From positions 2,880,001 through 2,912,000 of the forward strand of contig OY759724.1 in assembly GCA_963662715.1 (NCBI GenBank): a stretch of 32,000 nt of DNA, in the 5' to 3' direction. This stretch comes from Candidatus Omnitrophota bacterium (lineage in GTDB: Bacteria > Omnitrophota > Gorgyraeia > Zapsychrales > JANLHA01). Shown in pieces: positions 18,351-24,947 of the stretch (position 1 is its first letter; every line of letters begins with the position of its first letter). The translations under genes were made by a program, and so were the position numbers. The notes below the pieces were generated by a model. That model searched no databases. It was not told the origin of the DNA and saw only the letters and a list, made by a program, of their open reading frames with translations.

Positions 18351-19964
18351 ATGAACGATGCGACACTAAAAAAATTTATTGCGGCGGCCGTTTTGCTGTG
18401 CATGACATTTTTGATCTTTTTTCATCTGGGACATTATGCTTTCTGGGATGACGAAGCTATCTGCGCTTTATTCGCCAAATCACTTTTTGAGCATGGGGAT
18501 ACGAGCGCTGTTTCAGGTCATAATCTGATTGCCTTCAATGACGGCCGGGAACTGGAAAATCTTCATCAAAGATATGTCCCCCCGCTGCAGTTTTATTTTG
18601 CCGCTCCCTTTGTCGGGCAGGGAGGAGGCTCGACCTTCATCGCCCGGTTCCCTTTTGCTGTTTGCGGTTTGCTGACGGTTGCCGTTATTTTCCTCTGGCT
18701 TTGGAGAAGCCGTGCTCCAGTTTATACCTGGCTTTTGATGTCAGCCGGGATATTGGGAAACGTTTCCTTTATCCTCTCCTGTCGGCAATGCCGTTACTAT
18801 GCCCTGAGCATGCTCCTGACTGTTCTTCTGGCATTTTTATATTATTTTAGAACCCCCAAAAAACAGACCGTTTTGGCCATGGCAGGCGTGTCCTTGTTGC
18901 TTTTAGCTTCCAATTATTTGTGTTACGCGGCTGTTATGGGATGTTTGATCATGCATGACATCATCTGGGGCAGGAAGAGGCATGCCTCCAGCCGCTCGGA
19001 TATTCTCCTTTTCTGGGGTATGCAGCTTTTCCTCGGGGGCCTCATTGTTTTGACGTATAATCCTTTGGGAAAAAATGTCTGGGATATCTCCTCGGATTCC
19101 TGGCTCAGGAACAGAACAGCTTTATTCTTCTGGAATTTTCGTGATTTGAACAGCTGTGAAATGGGCGTGGGGATTCTTATCGCTTTGTGCCCTTTTTTGT
19201 ATTTTTACAAAAAAGACCGCCGTTTCCTGCAGTGTCCCGCTCTTATTGTGACATATATTTTGATCGTATCGTTATTCACCCCGCACCCTTTTGATATGCT
19301 GTGGGTCGCTTTTGTCCGTTATTTGTGTCCCTTAATCCCGCTCTGTATCTATACGGCTGTGCTGGTTATCCAGACTTTATCCGGGCACAGGCGCTGGCTG
19401 CTCATTCTTCTGGCTTTTCTGGCCTTCGGGACCAATGTTTTGCACGGAGGCCCGTTGACCAGGGTCAAACGGCACACAGCTTTCAGCCATGCCGTCGCTC
19501 ACGGACATTTCCGTTCGACGTTTGTTGAATATTTCAATGAATTGTTGACCGCAAGGCCCAATCCGTATCAATTAGTTTCTGACTGGATTAATGGCAACCT
19601 GCAGACCGGGGATACGGTCTGGGTCGTGCCGGGATACGCCAATTATCCTCTTATGTTTCACGCCCCCAAGGTTGTATATGCCTGGCAGCTCACGGAAAAA
19701 CAAGGGCAGTTTTCGAACCTGCCGGATATTCATTTTAAAGGTGAGGAATGGCCTGATTACATTATCGCTTTCGGCCCGAACCTTCTGGATGTTTTTGCAT
19801 TCTTTGAAAATAAAGAGGAGGCCTTTCCCTATGAAATGATCGATCAGATAAACATTTTTTGGTCATCCTTGACCCGTCCGGAACTTTTTTGGCATTCATT
19901 CCGTGAGATTGAGAATTATTCCCTTGCGACGGAAGCCATTTATATTTTTAAGTTTTCAGAATAA
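18351..19964 (+). CDS. GT-C fold membrane glycosyltransferase, GT39/ArnT (PMT_2)-like
   Basis: First-loop acidic motif FWDDEA followed by more than 10 hydrophobic helices and a soluble C-terminal domain. ATG at 18351 is preferred to the TTG at 18348. Confidence 0.7.
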   Translation: MNDATLKKFIAAAVLLCMTFLIFFHLGHYAFWDDEAICALFAKSLFEHGDTSAVSGHNLIAFNDGRELENLHQRYVPPLQFYFAAPFVGQGGGSTFIARFPFAVCGLLTVAVIFLWLWRSRAPVYTWLLMSAGILGNVSFILSCRQCRYYALSMLLTVLLAFLYYFRTPKKQTVLAMAGVSLLLLASNYLCYAAVMGCLIMHDIIWGRKRHASSRSDILLFWGMQLFLGGLIVLTYNPLGKNVWDISSDSWLRNRTALFFWNFRDLNSCEMGVGILIALCPFLYFYKKDRRFLQCPALIVTYILIVSLFTPHPFDMLWVAFVRYLCPLIPLCIYTAVLVIQTLSGHRRWLLILLAFLAFGTNVLHGGPLTRVKRHTAFSHAVAHGHFRSTFVEYFNELLTARPNPYQLVSDWINGNLQTGDTVWVVPGYANYPLMFHAPKVVYAWQLTEKQGQFSNLPDIHFKGEEWPDYIIAFGPNLLDVFAFFENKEEAFPYEMIDQINIFWSSLTRPELFWHSFREIENYSLATEAIYIFKFSE

Positions 19965-20104
19965 CAATATGTTGATGTTGTTTTTGTCCGATATCTGATA
20001 TAAAACAAAAAATGCATGGTATCCTTGAATATATGAGGTAAAATTTAAGATTAGACTTGATAAAGATATCCTGGCGATATCCGTTGTATGATTTATGTGA
20101 ACAT

Positions 20105-20809
20105 ATGGACAGACAAGCCACCTCCATTTCGATTGTTCTTCCTGTTTTTAATGAGGCCGGTAATATTGAAACGACCATGCAGGAAACTGTGAACTTTTTT
20201 AAGCAGGAAAAATTTTTCCCCGAATATGAGATTATTATTGTTGATGACGGCAGCACGGATAATTCTCCCCGAGTCTTGGACGGGCTCTCGGGAAAAATCG
20301 AACGGTTGTCTGTTGTCCGGCATGCCCAAAATCGGGGCTACGGAGCCGCTTTAGTGACTGGAATAAAGAAAGCCCGGCATCCCTGGATTCTGCTCATGGA
20401 TGCAGACGGCCAGTTTAAAATCAATTCCATCCTGGACATGATCCCCCGCATGAACAGCTGTGATGTCCTTGCCGGTTACCGGCGGAAGAGAACCGATTCC
20501 CGGATAAGGATTTTGCTGGGGAAGACTTATACTTATCTTGCGTTTTTGCTTTTTAAAGTAAAATTAAAGGATATTAACTGCGGATTTAAACTTCTGAGAA
20601 AAGATATCATTGATATTGATGCCGTGAGTTCTCATGGCGGGGCTTTTTATACGGATTTTTTTATCAAGACCCAGAAAAAAGGCTGCCGGATTGAGCAGGT
20701 CCCGGTCGAACATTTCCCCCGTTTAAAAGGGAAACAGACCGGAGCGAGCTTCAAAGTTGTTTTGGCGGCGATGATTGATGTTTTTCGATTATTTTTTATT
20801 GATAGATAA
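20105..20809 (+). CDS. GT2 polyprenyl-phosphate glycosyltransferase (DPM1/ArnC/GtrB-like)
   Basis: SIVLPVFNEAGNIE, IIIVDDGSTDNS, RGYGAAL and LLMDADGQF (DxD) motifs. ATG 20105 gives a canonical N-terminus, whereas the track start 20057 is a TTG. Confidence 0.87.
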   Translation: MDRQATSISIVLPVFNEAGNIETTMQETVNFFKQEKFFPEYEIIIVDDGSTDNSPRVLDGLSGKIERLSVVRHAQNRGYGAALVTGIKKARHPWILLMDADGQFKINSILDMIPRMNSCDVLAGYRRKRTDSRIRILLGKTYTYLAFLLFKVKLKDINCGFKLLRKDIIDIDAVSSHGGAFYTDFFIKTQKKGCRIEQVPVEHFPRLKGKQTGASFKVVLAAMIDVFRLFFIDR

Positions 20810-20900
20810 TTTCTGCAAGATTGCTTACAATGTCTTTTGGGAAAACAGGGGCAGATGGCCTGTCCGTTAGAAAACGACCATCAATTTTAAAGAGTTTGTT

Positions 20901-22127
20901 ATGACGATAGGATTCATGCGGCGTATCGATTATTGGTTCGGGATCCCGGCGTGTTTTTTTCTTTCCATATTTCATGCCGTATTTAAAAAGCTGGCCCGTC
21001 CCAAACAGCCTCCGGCACCCATCAGAAAAATTCTCTTTTTAGAGCTGTCCGAGATCGGAAGCACCATCCTGTCTTATCCTGCCATCACCAAGGCCAAAGA
21101 GCTGTTCCCGGAGAGCGAGCTTTTTTTCTGGATTTTTGAATCCAACCAGGATGCTGTGCATGTCCTGAAAGTTATTGACCGAAAAAATGTTTTAACTGTT
21201 AGGACAAAAAATTTGTTCATCTCCGCAAAAGACCTGATAAACAATTTACGGAGGATCCGCAGAGAAAAAATCGATGTTGTCCTTGACTTGGAATTGTTTT
21301 CCAGGTTCAGTTGTGTTTTATCCTTCCTGTCCGGAGCCCCCCGCCGGGTCGGGTTTCACTCATTCGCCCAGGAGGGGCTTTATCGCGGGAATCTTCATAC
21401 GCACAGAGTCTCTTATAACCCTTACCAGCACATTTCCGTGAATTTTCTTTCTCTTGTCAGCGGGATCAATGCGCCGCTAGATCAAGTGCCCCTTGTCAAA
21501 GAATATTATGAAAAGAAGGGCTGCGATATCCTCCTGCCGAAGTTAAAATCAACGGGAGACGGGAAGAAAGCCATTTGGAAAAAGTTGAAACAGATTGCTC
21601 CGGATATTGACGAAAAGAAAACAATTGTTGTTATCCATCCCGGGATCAAGGAAGCTTTGCCTTTGCGCCAATGGGCCTTAGGCCACTATTTGGAACTGAC
21701 CCGGAGGTTGCTCCTGAATCCCAATGTCTTTATCGTTATGGCCGGGGTGCTTTATGAATCGCTGGATAAAGATATTGTCGAGCAGTTGCGTATGCCCCGT
21801 TTGATAAATCTAATAGGGAAGACCTCGATCCCGGAGTTGATTGATTTGTTCAACGTATCTGATATGCTGATCAGCCATGACGGCGGTATTATTCATATCG
21901 CGTCTTTAACCCCCGTTCATATCATTGCCCTTTTCGGCCCGGAGACGCCTTCCTTGTACCAGCCGTTGACAGACAATAAGACAATTTTATATCGGCCTTT
22001 GTCCTGCAGCCCTTGTTTAACGGCCTACAATCACCGGATTTCCATGTGCCGTGACAATCAGTGCGTTCGGGAGATTACTGTCGAAGAGGTTCTGGAAAAG
22101 GCTTTGTGTTCTTTGCCGGATGCCTGA
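20901..22127 (+). CDS. GT9-family glycosyltransferase (heptosyltransferase-like)
   Basis: C-terminal signature LISHDGGIIHIASLTPVHIIALFGPETP and overall GT-B-like length. aaagag lies upstream of the ATG. Confidence 0.78.
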   Translation: MTIGFMRRIDYWFGIPACFFLSIFHAVFKKLARPKQPPAPIRKILFLELSEIGSTILSYPAITKAKELFPESELFFWIFESNQDAVHVLKVIDRKNVLTVRTKNLFISAKDLINNLRRIRREKIDVVLDLELFSRFSCVLSFLSGAPRRVGFHSFAQEGLYRGNLHTHRVSYNPYQHISVNFLSLVSGINAPLDQVPLVKEYYEKKGCDILLPKLKSTGDGKKAIWKKLKQIAPDIDEKKTIVVIHPGIKEALPLRQWALGHYLELTRRLLLNPNVFIVMAGVLYESLDKDIVEQLRMPRLINLIGKTSIPELIDLFNVSDMLISHDGGIIHIASLTPVHIIALFGPETPSLYQPLTDNKTILYRPLSCSPCLTAYNHRISMCRDNQCVREITVEEVLEKALCSLPDA

Positions 22128-22454
22128 AAACGAACGGGGGAAGAAGCCTTTGCCGGGTAAAATTTGAATTCTTGGTGAAGAAATTTGGTGAAGGATTGTT
22201 GTTATTTCATTATTATCAGATGGTTATGAGAAAAGCACCGTATTGAACCGTAATGGTTGCATCATTTGCCTGTTAACAATTATACTTGTTATATATAGAA
22301 AAACGGATCCCCTGTTTTTCTGACACAGGATTTGAGGGCCGTGACGTGCTATTTCTTAATAGGAGAGAGGAAAAGGTTGTTTGCAATAAGCAAAAAACTC
22401 TTTGATTTTTCCTTTTACCCATGATTAAATAGAATATAGAATACAAAAAGTATA

Positions 22455-22569
22455 AATCTTAAGATTTTCCGTTTATCGTAGGGCAAATACCCAGTCTATC
22501 TTAAGTCACAGTAAGAATAATGACTTAATAGTTTATATAATAATTTGCAAAGTAAGATTTATATAATAA
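22455..22569. promoter_or_regulatory. Cluster of dyad and direct-repeat motifs in the AT-rich leader of the 22583 gene
   Basis: Perfect 12-bp palindrome aatcttaagatt (22455-22466). Inverted repeat ttaagtca-N12-tgacttaa (22501-22528). 12-nt direct repeat tttatataataa at 22532-22543 and 22558-22569. Confidence 0.3.
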
Positions 22570-22582
22570 GGGAGGAAATACA

Positions 22583-22855
22583 ATGTGGCACAATAAACTA
22601 TTTCGCTGGGCGATAATCCTCACGAGCCTGAACGTATTTATTGCGATGGGATTGTTCCTTGCCGGGCCGAAAGCCCCGGTACAAACGGTCACAGATGCCG
22701 ACGCCCAATGTGTGCGTTTCTATTTAGCCAGTTGTTCAGGAAACGGCTGTACACCCAGCTGCGGTGCTGGATCGGCGGTTAATACTGTTATTACCGGTTA
22801 CGTCAATGTTTACGGCGGACAGGCCCAGTACAGGACATCATTATGTTCACAATAA
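22583..22855 (+). CDS. Small (90 aa) membrane-anchored or secreted Cys/Gly/Ser/Thr-rich protein
   Basis: Strong SD aagggagg 6-7 nt before the ATG. N-terminal hydrophobic helix WAIILTSLNVFIAMGLFLAG. C-terminal CVRFYLASCSGNGCTPSCGAGS...SLCSQ with five Cys. Confidence 0.6.
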   Translation: MWHNKLFRWAIILTSLNVFIAMGLFLAGPKAPVQTVTDADAQCVRFYLASCSGNGCTPSCGAGSAVNTVITGYVNVYGGQAQYRTSLCSQ

Positions 22856-22878
22856 GCTGCTGATTTTTTATGCAGCTT
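22854..22878 (+). terminator. Weak stem-loop overlapping the stop codon of the small Cys-rich gene
   Basis: aagctgc (22854-22860) pairs with gcagctt (22872-22878), with a T-rich 11-nt loop. No downstream T-tract. Confidence 0.25.
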
Positions 22879-23057
22879 CAACGTCTTGCAGGAACAGTAA
22901 ATTTATTGATGTTGATTTTCTAAATCCACATCAATCTCTTCGGAAGAAGGTAATATTTCTTATATCTGCCCAATAGTTTTTTGCTAGAATACATGGGTTA
23001 TTGATATTATTCAACCCGATAATCCCGTTTATCGCCAGCCATTCCAGTCCTTCATAG

Positions 23058-24758
23058 ATGCCAAGGGAAAAGAAACCACTTTTAAATTTTCGCCGCTTTG
23101 ACTGGCAAAAAAATCCTTATATAAAATTTGGGGTCATAATATTGCTCATTGCCTGCGCCGCAGCTTTACGCATGTATCGTGTGAGCTATTACGATATGTC
23201 TTTTGAGGAAATCGGGACCGAGGTGTATACGTTCCAGAACTTAAACAGGATTTCCCAGGCAACAGGAATGTCCCAGTTTTCTCTGTTTTTCAAGAAAATG
23301 AAAAACGATCCCCATTCCAGTTTTTCTTATCTGTTGGTGTATTTCTTCAGCAAGGTGTTCGGTGACGGGAAGATATTAAGATATTTGTCCGTCATTTTCA
23401 GCCTCTGGGCATGCGTGATTTTTTACCGGCTGTCCCGTATGTTATTTCCCCCCCGGGTAAGCCTGTATTCAACAATGATCCTGGCCATTCATCCGTTCCA
23501 TATTTGGTATGCGCAGGAGGCGAGGATGTATGCGGCTATGACGTGGATCTCTTTGTTGGCGTTCTATGCTTATTTCAAGGCGCTGAACACAAATAAACTT
23601 GTCCCCTGGATGAATTTTGCTCTGGCAAGTTTGCTGGCTTTCAATTTCAGTTATTTTTATGGATTATGGCTTTTGGCTTCAAGTGCGCCTTTTTTCTTTA
23701 AAAAATACCGGCCTTTTTTAAAAAAATGGCTTTTTTCTGTTGTGTTCGTTTTTTCTGTGCAAATATTCCTCTATCCTGTTTTTTTAAGCCAGTACGGGTT
23801 CGTGAAACACAGTTTCTGGATCCCTATTCCTACCCCAGAAACGTTGTTTTGGACTTTCCGGGTTTTTAATTTAGGCTACACGTCCTCTTATCCACAGTAT
23901 CATTTAGCATTGTTCCTTTTTTCGTGTTTATTCGTGTTTGGGGCCTGCCGTTTGTATAAAAAAGACCACATTTTAACTGTAACGATATTAAGCTTTATTT
24001 TTTTCCCGATTCTTTCGGCCTTTGTTATTTCAAAACTTGTGGCCCCGGTTTATATTAACCGGCAATTGCTTATTTTTTCCCCTTTATATTATTTGTTCAT
24101 TGCCTACGGTATCGACCGCCTGGCCCGGAAAGAACTCCGCGTATTCGTGTTTTTATTCGTTATTCTGCTTATTTCCACATCTCTTTACAATTATTATGGC
24201 GGCTACATGTTTTATCATCCTTTCCGGGCTAATCTCCTGGGCGGCGTCTTCCCCAAAAAGAGATATCTGCATTTATTCGACTCTTTAATGAAAGAATTCC
24301 GCCCGCACGATATCCTGGTGGCCGGAGACCTGCAGTCTTATATCCTCCTGCGGTCGTATCTTTTGAAAAACGACAAGACATGTCCTGTTTCCGTTGACCA
24401 GTTAAGGTTCCTTTTTTATCCGGAAGATCTTTTCCGCTTTTCGCAGCGTTATTTAAAGATCAACAACCTTATTGAACAAATGCCTGAGAAAGAACTGTCG
24501 GAATTGCATGAATTCCAGTTATTTGAAAATGATACCCGCCGGTTAAGAAAAAGCGACCTGGAAAAGGAATCTTTCCGGCGCATATGGCTTGTTCTGGCCA
24601 GCTGGGAGCCCGAAAGGCAATTGAGCGCAGAAGCGGGTGTTTTGCATGTTAAGTTGGCAGAGCAGTATCGTTATGTCTCTTGGCAGCAGAACGACGGGAT
24701 ATTTGTGGAGCTTTTTTTGCAGGATCGCAGGGGGGGCGCCGGGGAACCTATCCCTTGA
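23058..24758 (+). CDS. GT-C fold membrane glycosyltransferase, GT39/PMT_2-like
   Basis: Polytopic protein. Contains HPFHIWYAQEARMYA, a motif I associate with PMT_2/COG1807-type transferases. C-terminal soluble domain of about 170 aa. Confidence 0.7.
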   Translation: MPREKKPLLNFRRFDWQKNPYIKFGVIILLIACAAALRMYRVSYYDMSFEEIGTEVYTFQNLNRISQATGMSQFSLFFKKMKNDPHSSFSYLLVYFFSKVFGDGKILRYLSVIFSLWACVIFYRLSRMLFPPRVSLYSTMILAIHPFHIWYAQEARMYAAMTWISLLAFYAYFKALNTNKLVPWMNFALASLLAFNFSYFYGLWLLASSAPFFFKKYRPFLKKWLFSVVFVFSVQIFLYPVFLSQYGFVKHSFWIPIPTPETLFWTFRVFNLGYTSSYPQYHLALFLFSCLFVFGACRLYKKDHILTVTILSFIFFPILSAFVISKLVAPVYINRQLLIFSPLYYLFIAYGIDRLARKELRVFVFLFVILLISTSLYNYYGGYMFYHPFRANLLGGVFPKKRYLHLFDSLMKEFRPHDILVAGDLQSYILLRSYLLKNDKTCPVSVDQLRFLFYPEDLFRFSQRYLKINNLIEQMPEKELSELHEFQLFENDTRRLRKSDLEKESFRRIWLVLASWEPERQLSAEAGVLHVKLAEQYRYVSWQQNDGIFVELFLQDRRGGAGEPIP

Positions 24759-24947
24759 CATGAATTTTCTTGAAATATATAATGCGAACAGTCCATAGGA
24801 TAATTTTTTCCTTTAATAATCTATAATTTGTGATATTTTGGTTTGAGCATCCCGGATACTCATTGTATGATCGCTGACGCTGCGGTGTACGGGTTAAGGG
24901 AAGGGCGTTAAAATTCTGTTTTTCCGTAACTGTAAAAGGGGAGCATA

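Noticed and set aside
22061-22246. 61-aa ORF overlapping the GT9 stop, and the 70-aa ORF at 22764-22976
   Set aside because: Neither has an SD. They overlap better-supported genes and their products are featureless, so they are probably chance ORFs in or near intergenic DNA.
22254-22269. Sigma-54-like TGGTTGCATCATTTGC in the long AT-rich gap
   Set aside because: The GG-to-GC spacing is one nucleotide too long (GG-N11-GC) and the -24 element is TGGTTG rather than TGGCAC. It is also more than 300 nt from the nearest start codon.
24759-24776. Similar short sequences at both edges of the accessory segment (catgaattttcttgaaat at 24759-24776 and catgaaattttatgaagat at 30510-30528), considered as possible att-like direct repeats
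   Set aside because: They are only about 17 nt, imperfect, need an indel and are AT-rich. The right copy overlaps the start codon region of the radical SAM gene. This is insufficient to call integration repeats.
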